From: Clostridiales bacterium
GTDB taxonomy: Bacteria; Bacillota; Clostridia; Oscillospirales; Oscillospiraceae
Assembly (NCBI GenBank): GCA_012520395.1
Contig: JAAYOL010000016.1
Span: 517-64,516 of the forward strand
DNA: 64,000 bases
Direction of reading: 5' to 3'
Part shown: in pieces, positions 47,654-56,318 of the stretch
Layout: each line of letters opens with the position of its first letter
How positions within the stretch are numbered: position 1 is the first letter of the stretch
Program-made: the position numbers and the translations under genes
The notes under the pieces: generated by a model
The model's database searches: none
What the model saw: the letters and a program-made list of their open reading frames with translations, nothing else
What the model was told of the DNA's origin: nothing

Positions 47654-47887
47654 ATGGTTTTTACCAAGTTAAAGGAATTATTAGCAGAACAATTTATGGT
47701 AAACGAGGATGAGATAACGCTTGATACCTCATTCGCAGACGATCTCGGTGCTGATTCTCTCGATATCGTAGAGCTTACGATGGCTCTTGAGGAGGAATTT
47801 GACATAACCGAGATAAGCGACGAGGATATCCCGCGGCTTGTCACGGTCGGCGATGTCGCGCGTTATATCTCAGAGAGGATAGATTGA
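47654..47887 (+). CDS. acpP: Acyl carrier protein
   Basis: 77 aa with the LGADSLDIVELTMALEEEF phosphopantetheine-attachment motif. Confidence 0.96.
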   Translation: MVFTKLKELLAEQFMVNEDEITLDTSFADDLGADSLDIVELTMALEEEFDITEISDEDIPRLVTVGDVARYISERID

Positions 47888-47895
47888 CACTACTT

Positions 47896-47915
47896 GGGCG
47901 GGCATATGCCCGCCC
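47896..47915 (+). other. Perfect GC-rich palindromic hairpin between acpP and rnc (no U-tract)
   Basis: GGGCGGGC-ATAT-GCCCGCCC, extendable by two A-T pairs, followed by AAAAA rather than T. Confidence 0.6.
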
Positions 47916-47941
47916 AAAAATATACGATAGGGTGATAGGGT

Positions 47942-48619
47942 ATTACTAGTCTTGAAAAAAGCATCGGATACTGCTTTAAGAATAAAGAGCTGCTTCAGAC
48001 GGCGCTTACGCACAGCTCATACGCAAACGAAAACCGAATTTCCGGCTCCCGGCACAACGAGCGCCTGGAGTTTCTTGGCGATTCGGTTCTGGGAATGGCC
48101 GTTGCATTTTACCTCTACTCTGAAAACCCCGAGCTACCTGAGGGGGAGATGACCAGGCTTCGCGCGGAGCTTGTCTGCGAGCAGAGCCTTTTTCAGGCGG
48201 CCAAAAGCCTGGGTCTTGGCGAATATCTGCGTCTGGGCAAGGGTGAGGAAAGCGGAGGGGGCAGAGAAAGACCCTCCATTTTAGCCGACGCGGTCGAGGC
48301 TCTTCTGGCTGCCATATTCCTTGACGGCGGGAAAGTTGAGGCCGATAATTTTGTTCGGAGATTTCTTGTTTCACCCATACTAGTCAAGGGGAAGAAGACA
48401 AGCAGCGATTACAAGACCACGCTTCAGGAGATAATTCAGCGTAAAAGCGGCAATCAGCTTTCCTATGGGATTATCAGCGAAAGCGGACCGGATCACTCCA
48501 AGTCTTTTGTCGCGGAGGTCCTCCTGAACGGAAAGCGCATTGGCACCGGCAGCGGAAAGAGCAAGAAGGAGGCGGAGCAGGCGGCTGCGAAAAACGCATT
48601 GGAGAACAACAGACTATGA
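47942..48619 (+). CDS. rnc: Ribonuclease III (start codon non-canonical or unresolved)
   Basis: The frame of ORF 48095..48619 stays open back to TAG 47936-47938 and encodes LEKSIGYCFKNKELLQTALTHSSY...NERLEFLGDSVLG (RNase III signature) before the first ATG. The C-terminal dsRBD (KTTLQEIIQ...GSGKSKKEAEQAAAKNAL) is present. ATT 47942 is taken as a provisional start. Confidence 0.85.
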   Translation: MTSLEKSIGYCFKNKELLQTALTHSSYANENRISGSRHNERLEFLGDSVLGMAVAFYLYSENPELPEGEMTRLRAELVCEQSLFQAAKSLGLGEYLRLGKGEESGGGRERPSILADAVEALLAAIFLDGGKVEADNFVRRFLVSPILVKGKKTSSDYKTTLQEIIQRKSGNQLSYGIISESGPDHSKSFVAEVLLNGKRIGTGSGKSKKEAEQAAAKNALENNRL

Positions 48620-49626
48620 GCCCGAAAAGGTACATCATACCCGTTTTCATACCGCATCTCGGCTGTCCGAACGACTGTGTGTTCTGCAACCAGCGTAAAA
48701 TCTCAGGTGAAATTTTGCCGGCAACCCCGGCTACGGTCAGGGGTGCCGTTGAGGAGGCTCTGGAGAAAATCCCCGCCGAGCGTTCGGCAGAACTCGCCTT
48801 TTACGGCGGCAGCTTTACAGCAATCCCCGAAAGCGAGCAGACAGAGCTGCTTGAAGCGGTCCAGCCGTTCATGCGCTCAGGCCGCATAGGGGAAATCAGG
48901 CTCTCCACACGTCCCGACGCACTGGACGAGCCCTGCCTTGAACGGCTCAAAAAATTTGGGGTGAGGACAATAGAGCTTGGAGCGCAGTCGATGGACGACG
49001 GCGTTCTTGAGGCCGCGGGCAGAGGCCATACAGCCGCCGACACCGAATACGCATCGAAGCTGATAAAAAAGCAGGGCTTCAATCTCGTATTGCAGATGAT
49101 GACGGGACTACCCGGAGACAGTGAGGAAAAGGCGCTGGAGACAGCCAAAAAGCTAATCACACTTAAGCCCGACGCGGTACGCGTGTATCCGACGGTTATC
49201 CTTCGGGACACTCCGCTGTTCTCTCTCTGGAAAGCCGGAAAATACAGGGAGCATACCGTCAGCGAAGCCGTAAACCTCGGAGCAAAGCTCTTCAGGCTCT
49301 TTACCGAAGCGGGGATATCCATAATCCGTTTTGGACTCAACCCCTCCGATGAGCTGTCGGGAGGCGAGGCTGTTGGAGGCGCCTACCATCCCGCCTTAGG
49401 CGAGCTGGTGCGCTCCGAGTATTACCTAAATCTCGCGCGGGAGCTGATTTCGAAATCTGAGCACGGCTCACAGCTTGTTTTGGGGGTAAACAGGGGCTGT
49501 GTTTCCCTAATGACGGGTCAAAAACGTAAGAATATCCAGGCTTTGATGAGTGAGTTTAAGCTGAAATCGTTAAAGGTGCGTGAAACAAAGCTGCCGGCTG
49601 GTAAATTCGTCATAATTCTGCAATAA
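48616..49626 (+). CDS. Radical SAM superfamily protein of unknown function
   Basis: CPNDCVFC (CX3CX2C) at residues 17-24 after YIIPVFIPHLG, then a TIM-barrel-like body. 336 aa. ATGA overlap with the rnc stop. Confidence 0.8.
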   Translation: MSPKRYIIPVFIPHLGCPNDCVFCNQRKISGEILPATPATVRGAVEEALEKIPAERSAELAFYGGSFTAIPESEQTELLEAVQPFMRSGRIGEIRLSTRPDALDEPCLERLKKFGVRTIELGAQSMDDGVLEAAGRGHTAADTEYASKLIKKQGFNLVLQMMTGLPGDSEEKALETAKKLITLKPDAVRVYPTVILRDTPLFSLWKAGKYREHTVSEAVNLGAKLFRLFTEAGISIIRFGLNPSDELSGGEAVGGAYHPALGELVRSEYYLNLARELISKSEHGSQLVLGVNRGCVSLMTGQKRKNIQALMSEFKLKSLKVRETKLPAGKFVIILQ

Positions 49627-49630
49627 TTTC

Positions 49631-49659
49631 TTGAAAGGCGGTATAAAAGAAGATATACT
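49631..49659 (+). promoter_or_regulatory. Sigma-A-like promoter for smc (TTGAAA-17-TATACT)
   Basis: TTGAAA 49631-49636, 17-nt spacer, TATACT 49654-49659. Confidence 0.4.
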
Positions 49660-49704
49660 ATTTACTATATAGTGTATAGTATTTAACCGCGGGGAGTGTA
49701 TATT

Positions 49705-52700
49705 GTGTATCTTAAGGCGCTAGAAATACAGGGGTTTAAATCATTCCCCGAAAAAACAAGGCTGACCTTCGACAAGAGCATTACTGTAATAGTGGGGCCC
49801 AACGGAAGCGGAAAATCGAATATCTCAGACGCCGTCACCTGGGTCTTGGGCGAACAGAGCACAAAGACATTGCGCGGTGGAAAAATGGAGGACGTCATCT
49901 TCGGCGGAACGGAGCGGCGCAGCCAGCTTGGCTTTGCCCAGGTTTCCCTTATCCTCGATAACAGCGACGGACTTTTTGAGGTAGAGGGCTCCGAGGTTAT
50001 GGTAACCAGGCGCTATTACAGAAGCGGCGAGAGCGAATTTTACATAAACAAGCAGTCTGTAAGGCTCAGAGATATCCATGAGCTATTTATGGATACCGGC
50101 CTGGGCAAAGAGGGCTATTCCATCATAGGGCAGGGCAAGATTGACAATATCCTGTCTGAAAAGAGCACCGACAGGCGCGAAATATTTGAGGAGGCCGCGG
50201 GCATATCGAAGTTCCGCCACCGAAAGGATGAGGCTGAGCGAAAGCTTCAGCGCACCGATGAAAACCTGCTGCGCGTCAATGACAAGATAGCCGAGCTTGA
50301 ACTGCAGGTTGGCCCCCTGCGTGAACAGGCCGAGGTTGCAAAGAGGTATCTGCTTTTAAGGGACGAGCTGAGGACGCTGGAGGTTTCCGTATGGCTCGAC
50401 ACTCTGGAAAAGCTGAAGCTGTCGACATTGAAGCTGGAGCAGGACTTCGCGGCGGCGAGGCGGCAGCTCGACTCCGAGCATACGCAGATGCAGGAGCTTT
50501 ACAAGAGGGCTGAGAGCATTACCGAGCGTATGAGGTCTAAGGATATTGAGGCCGAGACCCTGCGCGGAGAGATTTCAGAGCTGGAAGCTAAAGCTGCGGA
50601 GCTTGACAGCGCCATTGCAGTTCTAAGCACAAATCTTAAAAACAACTTTGAAAGCATAGAGCACCTCACCTCCGAGCTTGCAGAGCAGGAGGGCAGGGCG
50701 GGGACGCTGTCGGAGCAGATAGCCCAGCGCAGAGGCCGCATTGCCGATATAGAAGTAAAAAAGGAAACGCTTACTTCTGAGATGCAGGAGCTGCTTGCTG
50801 ATTCTGAAAAGACAAGTGCGTCTGCCGGTGAGCTTTCTTCAAGAGTTAACGAGCTTTTGAGGGCCGAGGAGCGTGAACGAGGGCTGGCGGCTGAAGCGAG
50901 AGAGAAAATTTCGGCCCTGGCATCCTCCCTCCAGGAGCTCTGCGACCGGGGGGAGAACCTCAGGCTTGAGCTCAGCCAGGTGCTCAACCGACTTGAAGCA
51001 GAGAAAGAGGTATCAGGCGTAAGAGAGGCCGAGCTGAAAGAGCAGCAGGAGCAGGCAGAGGCCCTTACAAACGCCATCAGCGGGCGAGTTATGCTGATGT
51101 CCTCAAGACAAAAAAAGGCCGGGGCACTTGCCGACAAAAGGGATAGGCTAAAGCTGGAGAAAAACACCCTTGCCTCGCGGATAGCTATGCTTTCCGAGAT
51201 GGAAAAGGAGTATGAAGGCTATTCAAAGTCGGTAAAGATAGTCATGCAGGAGAGCGCGAGGGGCACTCTCAAAAACATCCATGGCCCGGTAGCCAACCTG
51301 ATAAAGACGGGCGACAGGCACGCTTTGGCCATTGAGACAGCTCTCGGGGCGTCCATGCAGAGCATTGTTGTCGGCCGTGAGGAGGACGGCAAGGCCGCAA
51401 TAACGCTTCTAAAACGCCGCGATGGCGGCAGGGCGACCTTTCTTCCGCTGTCGGCCATTAGGGGCAGGGCGCTTGCGGAGCAGGGTCTCAGCAATGAGGA
51501 GGGCTTTGAGGGCCTTGCGTTTAACCTTGTAAGCTGCGACAAAAGATACGAGCAGGTAGTTTTGAACCTTCTCGGCCGCACAGTTGTCGTTGAGGACATG
51601 GACTGCGCTATTGCCATTGCGAGAAAGTACTCAAACCGCTTCAGGATAGTTACGCTGGACGGTCAGGTGATAAACGCAGGCGGCTCAATGACGGGCGGAA
51701 GCTCATCAAGAGGCGCGGGAATACTTTCTAGGGCAAATGAAATAATACGGCTAAGAGATCATAAAAAGAGGCTCTCGGAGGATATCGAATCCGTAGAAAA
51801 GGAGTATTCAGAAGCTGAGCGCGAGCTAAACGCCGCGAAATACGAGCTGGAACTGGCCGAGGGTGAAAAAAGGCGTCTAGAGGACGCCATACTCAAGGCT
51901 GAGACCGAGCTTTCGCAGCATAAGCTTCTCATATCAGCGCTTTCCGACAACTGCGAGACCATCAGGCGTAGCATAAGTAATATAGCTGAACGCGAGAAAA
52001 AGAGCGAGAGCGACATAAAAGCTGTAAGAGAGGCCCTGCTCAGGCATGAAAAGCTGGCCTCAGAGCATAAATCCGAGGCCGAAACGCTCATGCGAGGCAA
52101 GGACGAGCTGGCCGAGGCTGCTGCCGTACTGTCCGAAAAGCTCTCTGTAATCAGGACGGAGCTTGCCTCACTTGAAGCCGAACGTCTTGCAACCGAGCAG
52201 GCGGTTTGTGAGCTTGAGAGCCTTAGAAGCACAATAACGGGCGATCGTGAACAGAGGGCGCTTCAGATAGAACAGCTAAGAGCGCTGAACGAACAGATTG
52301 TTTCACAGTCGGGCGAGCGGCAGAAACACCTGTCCGAATCTCGGAGCAGTATAGAAAAGAACAAAAAGCGTCTTTCCGAAATAATAAGCTCCAAGCTTGA
52401 GCTTGAGGCGGAACGCGAGAGGATAGAGAAGGAAAACCAGGAGAAAAACCGCGACATCCTCAATATGGAAAAGGAGTTCTCGCGTCTGGAACAAAAAAAG
52501 CTGGCCGCCGAAATGGAGGAAAAGCAGATTGTGGACAAGCTCTGGGATAACTACGGGCTTGGCCGCACCTCGGCGGAGAGCGTTCGCTGTGAGCTTGAAA
52601 GCCTGCCGAAGGCACAGCGCCGGATATCGGAGCTCAGGCGTGAAATAAGCTCCCTCGGCACACCGAATCTCGGGGCCATCGACGAATACGAACGTGTCAG

Positions 52701-53274
52701 CGAACGGTATAATTATCTCACAAGCCAGAGGGACGACATAGAGAAAGCAAAATCCGAAATAGAGCAAATAATAGCAAGCGTAACCTCGGAAATGAAGAAC
52801 ATCTTTAAAAGAGAGTTTGAGGCCATAGGCGAGTGTTTTAAGGAGACCTTTGTCGAGCTTTTCGGCGGAGGAAGGGCTGCCCTTGAGCTTGAGGATGAGG
52901 ATGATATTTTGAACTCCGGAATAGAGATAAGGGTTCAGCCACCGGGAAAATCGCTTAAGACCCTGACGCTTTTGTCGGGGGGTGAGAAGGCCTTCGTCGC
53001 TATTGCGCTGTATTTTGCGATTTTAAAGGTTCGGCCAACTCCCTTTTGCGTCATGGACGAGATAGAAGCGGCACTCGACGAGGCAAATGTCCAGCGCTTT
53101 GCAGAGTATTTACGCCGCATGTCCGACAAAACACAGTTCGTTATAATCACGCACCGGCGCGGCACGATGGAGGAGGCGGACACGCTCTACGGAGTGACGA
53201 TGCAGGAGCAGGGAGTATCAAGGATACTCAGCGTGGATCTTGACGAGGTCGAAAAAGAAATATTGACTGCATAG
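49705..53274 (+). CDS. smc: Chromosome partition protein Smc
   Basis: (GTG)YLKALEIQGFKSF, GPNGSGKSN Walker A, long coiled coils with a central hinge, LSGGEKAFVAIAL signature, and MDEIEAALD. GTG 49705 gives the canonical N-terminus. Confidence 0.97.
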   Translation: MYLKALEIQGFKSFPEKTRLTFDKSITVIVGPNGSGKSNISDAVTWVLGEQSTKTLRGGKMEDVIFGGTERRSQLGFAQVSLILDNSDGLFEVEGSEVMVTRRYYRSGESEFYINKQSVRLRDIHELFMDTGLGKEGYSIIGQGKIDNILSEKSTDRREIFEEAAGISKFRHRKDEAERKLQRTDENLLRVNDKIAELELQVGPLREQAEVAKRYLLLRDELRTLEVSVWLDTLEKLKLSTLKLEQDFAAARRQLDSEHTQMQELYKRAESITERMRSKDIEAETLRGEISELEAKAAELDSAIAVLSTNLKNNFESIEHLTSELAEQEGRAGTLSEQIAQRRGRIADIEVKKETLTSEMQELLADSEKTSASAGELSSRVNELLRAEERERGLAAEAREKISALASSLQELCDRGENLRLELSQVLNRLEAEKEVSGVREAELKEQQEQAEALTNAISGRVMLMSSRQKKAGALADKRDRLKLEKNTLASRIAMLSEMEKEYEGYSKSVKIVMQESARGTLKNIHGPVANLIKTGDRHALAIETALGASMQSIVVGREEDGKAAITLLKRRDGGRATFLPLSAIRGRALAEQGLSNEEGFEGLAFNLVSCDKRYEQVVLNLLGRTVVVEDMDCAIAIARKYSNRFRIVTLDGQVINAGGSMTGGSSSRGAGILSRANEIIRLRDHKKRLSEDIESVEKEYSEAERELNAAKYELELAEGEKRRLEDAILKAETELSQHKLLISALSDNCETIRRSISNIAEREKKSESDIKAVREALLRHEKLASEHKSEAETLMRGKDELAEAAAVLSEKLSVIRTELASLEAERLATEQAVCELESLRSTITGDREQRALQIEQLRALNEQIVSQSGERQKHLSESRSSIEKNKKRLSEIISSKLELEAERERIEKENQEKNRDILNMEKEFSRLEQKKLAAEMEEKQIVDKLWDNYGLGRTSAESVRCELESLPKAQRRISELRREISSLGTPNLGAIDEYERVSERYNYLTSQRDDIEKAKSEIEQIIASVTSEMKNIFKREFEAIGECFKETFVELFGGGRAALELEDEDDILNSGIEIRVQPPGKSLKTLTLLSGGEKAFVAIALYFAILKVRPTPFCVMDEIEAALDEANVQRFAEYLRRMSDKTQFVIITHRRGTMEEADTLYGVTMQEQGVSRILSVDLDEVEKEILTA

Positions 53275-53285
53275 AGGGTAAAATT

Positions 53286-54194
53286 ATGGCATTTTTTGAT
53301 AAAATAAAGCAGGGTCTTTCCAAGACGCGTAAGAATATATCAGTGCAGCTTCAGAGCATGTTTGACTCCTTCACCGGAGCCAATGATGAGTTTTTCGAGG
53401 AGCTTGAGGAGACACTCATAATGGCGGACCTCGGGGCGGAACTGGCGCTACGCTCTGTGGACCATCTTCGCGAGTTCACGAGGCAAAGAGGACTTCGCGG
53501 TGCTGAGGAGCTGCGCGAAGCCCTGGCTGAGATACTCTTGGAAATATTGCAATCGGATGACCAGGGTGTTAAGCTTAATACCAAGCCTTCGGTTATACTG
53601 ATGATAGGCGTAAACGGCGTAGGAAAGACAACGACGATAGGAAAGCTCGCCATGCGTTTTACAAAAGAGGGCAAGCGTGTACTTCTTTGTGCTGGCGATA
53701 CCTTCCGAGCGGCGGCGGCTGAGCAGCTTTCCGTATGGGCCAAGAGAACCGGGGCTGATATTGTGCGCCATGAGGAGGGCTCAGACCCTGCTTCGGTCGT
53801 TTTTGACGCGATATCCGCGGCCAAGGCGAGGGGCGCTGATATAATAATCTGCGACACCGCCGGCAGGCTTCACAACAAGCAGAACCTTATGAATGAGCTG
53901 GCGAAAATAAGCCGTATTATTGACCGCGAGCTGCCCGGTGCTGACAGGGAAACCCTGCTGGTGCTGGACGCTACCACAGGTCAGAACGGACTGATACAGG
54001 CAAAGCAGTTTAAGGAAGCGGCGGGAGTATCCGGCCTTGTTCTGACGAAGCTTGACGGCACGGCGAGGGGCGGTATAGTGTTCGCCATCGCAGATGAGCT
54101 GGGACTGCCCGTGCGCTATGTCGGCGTAGGCGAGCAAGCGGACGACCTTATAGACTTTGAGCCCCGGGAATTTATAGATGCGCTTTTGAGGTGA
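53286..54194 (+). CDS. ftsY: Signal recognition particle receptor FtsY
   Basis: [32 protein letters not shown]. 302 aa (NG domain only). Confidence 0.96.
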   Translation: MAFFDKIKQGLSKTRKNISVQLQSMFDSFTGANDEFFEELEETLIMADLGAELALRSVDHLREFTRQRGLRGAEELREALAEILLEILQSDDQGVKLNTKPSVILMIGVNGVGKTTTIGKLAMRFTKEGKRVLLCAGDTFRAAAAEQLSVWAKRTGADIVRHEEGSDPASVVFDAISAAKARGADIIICDTAGRLHNKQNLMNELAKISRIIDRELPGADRETLLVLDATTGQNGLIQAKQFKEAAGVSGLVLTKLDGTARGGIVFAIADELGLPVRYVGVGEQADDLIDFEPREFIDALLR

Positions 54195-54196
54195 GT

Positions 54197-54793
54197 ATGA
54201 GATTTGTACTGGCGAGCAACAACCCCAAGAAGCTAAGGGAAATGCGTGAAATACTCTCTGAGCTCGGTGTTGAGGTAATTTCTCAGAGCGAGGCCGGAAT
54301 AAATATCGAGGTAGAGGAAACGGGCGATACCTTTGAAGAAAATGCGATGCTCAAGGCTGAGGCCGTTATGGAAGCCTCGGGCCTTCCCGCGATTGCCGAC
54401 GACTCAGGCCTGATGGTGGACGCACTGGGCGGAGCACCGGGCATACATTCCGCCCGCTACGGTGGCGAAGACTGCAAAAACGATGCCGAGCGCATTGAGT
54501 TTTTGCTCCGGAACATGGGTGATACGGAAAACCGCAGAGCGAGCTTTGTTTCTTCCATTGCCTGCGCCTTCCCGGACGGTAGAAGACTGACTGCGAGGGG
54601 CAAGTGCGAGGGACTTATACTAAAGCAGCCCAGAGGCAGCGGCGGCTTTGGCTACGACCCTGTATTTTATCTGCCCGAGTTTAAGATGACTATGGCGGAG
54701 ATGACTGCCGAGGAAAAAAATAAAATATCCCACAGATCCAACGCTCTGCGTGATTTCAAAATAAAACTGGAAAAGATATACTCAAAAGAATAA
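54197..54793 (+). CDS. rdgB: Non-canonical purine NTP pyrophosphatase RdgB/HAM1
   Basis: RFVLASNNPKKLREMREIL, GFGYDPVF, SHRSNAL. ATG 54197 lies 5 nt after GAGG; GTG 54191 is an alternative. Confidence 0.9.
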   Translation: MRFVLASNNPKKLREMREILSELGVEVISQSEAGINIEVEETGDTFEENAMLKAEAVMEASGLPAIADDSGLMVDALGGAPGIHSARYGGEDCKNDAERIEFLLRNMGDTENRRASFVSSIACAFPDGRRLTARGKCEGLILKQPRGSGGFGYDPVFYLPEFKMTMAEMTAEEKNKISHRSNALRDFKIKLEKIYSKE

Positions 54794-54809
54794 AAACGGG
54801 AGATTATAT

Positions 54810-55103
54810 ATGCTGACTAGCAAACAAAGGGCACAGCTCCGCGCACTTGCAAATAATGAGGACACAATAGTCCACATCGGGAAGGGCGGTATCACGGAGA
54901 ACATAGTAAAGCAGGCGCAGGACGCATTGAAGGCAAGGGAGCTTATAAAATGTCGGGTCCTTGAAAATTCAATGCTGAGTGCACGTGAGGCCTGCGACGA
55001 AATGGCAAGACTTACTAATGCCGAGCCTGTTCAGGTCATAGGTACCAGGTTTGTGCTGTATAAGACGAACAAGGAAAAGCCCGGTATACAGCTGGTTAAA
55101 TAA
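54810..55103 (+). CDS. yhbY: Ribosome assembly RNA-binding protein YhbY (CRM domain)
   Basis: LTSKQRAQLRALANNEDTIVHIGKGGIT. 97 aa. Confidence 0.9.
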   Translation: MLTSKQRAQLRALANNEDTIVHIGKGGITENIVKQAQDALKARELIKCRVLENSMLSAREACDEMARLTNAEPVQVIGTRFVLYKTNKEKPGIQLVK

Positions 55104-55133
55104 AAAAGATTGACGGTTTACGGGGGTTTCGGC

Positions 55134-56318
55134 GTGTTACGTTCAAATACAGAAAAAATAGGGCTTTTCGGCGGCACGTTCAATCCGGTCCATATCGGCC
55201 ATACGCAGGCGGCAAGGCTCGCGGCTGAGAGGCTGGGTCTGGACAAGCTGATATTCATTCCTGCTTTTAATCCGCCGCACAAGGCACTGCCTGAGGACTC
55301 GGCCAGTGCCGATATGAGGCTTGAGATGCTGCGCCTTGCGACTCAGAGCATGGCAAATATCGAGGTCTCGGACATTGAAATCAGACGCGGCGGAGTAAGC
55401 TATACCGCTGATACGGTAAAAGCGCTCAAGGAGCAGTACCCGAGTGCCGAGTTCTGGCTGCTTATTGGAAACGATATGCTCTGCTCTTTTGAAACCTGGC
55501 AGAGCTTTGATTGGCTTATTGAGAATGCCTCAATATGTGCCCTGTCCAGGCAGGGCGACAAGTCCGACTTGGAGCTCTGCGCAAAAAGGCTTGAAGAAAA
55601 ACATGGTGTGAAAACAGTATTTGCCCAAAACAATGCAATAGAGATTTCCTCCAGCCAGCTTCGCGAGATGCTAAGGCAGAGGGGGGGCAGGGAATACCTC
55701 GATGGGGAAGTCTACGCGTTCATAATCAGAAACCGTCTCTATGGTGCAAAGCCCGAGTTCGACTGGCTGCGTGAAAAAGCCAAGGAGCTGCTGAGTGAAA
55801 GGCGGGTGCCACATGTAATCGGCTGTGAGCAGGAGGCGGTCAGGCTTGCCGCGCACTGGGGTGCCGATGAAGATTCCGCCAGAAGCGCGGCGATACTGCA
55901 TGATATTACCAAGAAGCTTGATTTAAAAGAGCAGTTGATATTATGTGAAAAGTATGCTATTATGACAGATACTGCCGAAAGCAGTAACGTCAAGCTGCTG
56001 CACTCAAAAACAGGTGCGGCAATAGCTGGAGATATATTCGGAATGCCGGAAGAGGTCTGCGATGCTATAAAATGGCATACGACAGGCCGCCCCGGCATGT
56101 CGTTGCTTGAAAAAATTATCTATATTGCGGATTACATTGAGCCTGGGAGAGACTTCCCGGGAGTCGACATTTTGAGGGAGGCTGCTTATGGTGACCTGGA
56201 CAGGGCTGTGCTTATGGGGCTTGAAATGAGTGTAATAAGCATTGAGGAACAGGGGATAGTTCCTCATCAGAATACTCTGTCTGCCATAGAGCATCTTAAA
56301 AGGAGCATAAAAGCATAA
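55134..56318 (+). CDS. nadD: Fusion: nicotinate-nucleotide adenylyltransferase NadD + HD-domain YqeK (Ap4A hydrolase family)
   Basis: N-terminal half has IGLFGGTFNPVHIGH and ISSSQLR (NadD). C-terminal half has RVPHVIGCEQEAVRLA...AAILHDITKK...HTTG...ADYIEPGR (YqeK-type HD). One continuous frame. GTG 55134 preferred; TTG 55110 possible. Confidence 0.85.
   Translation: MLRSNTEKIGLFGGTFNPVHIGHTQAARLAAERLGLDKLIFIPAFNPPHKALPEDSASADMRLEMLRLATQSMANIEVSDIEIRRGGVSYTADTVKALKEQYPSAEFWLLIGNDMLCSFETWQSFDWLIENASICALSRQGDKSDLELCAKRLEEKHGVKTVFAQNNAIEISSSQLREMLRQRGGREYLDGEVYAFIIRNRLYGAKPEFDWLREKAKELLSERRVPHVIGCEQEAVRLAAHWGADEDSARSAAILHDITKKLDLKEQLILCEKYAIMTDTAESSNVKLLHSKTGAAIAGDIFGMPEEVCDAIKWHTTGRPGMSLLEKIIYIADYIEPGRDFPGVDILREAAYGDLDRAVLMGLEMSVISIEEQGIVPHQNTLSAIEHLKRSIKA

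Noticed and set aside
47952-48152. 66-aa ORF (MKKASDTALRIK...) starting at TTG 47952.
   Set aside because: It is the +1 frame of the RNase III N-terminal coding region, and the translation is basic low-complexity with no homology. It is relevant only as a possible initiation site that rejoins the rnc frame at the A6 run (see the rnc finding).
50499-52538. Series of Ser/Ala/Leu-rich ORFs antisense to smc (50499..51167, 51219..51617, 51759..52232, 52263..52538).
   Set aside because: These are mirror images of the Glu/Leu/Ala/Arg-rich coiled-coil coding sequence of smc. They are compositional artefacts, not genes.
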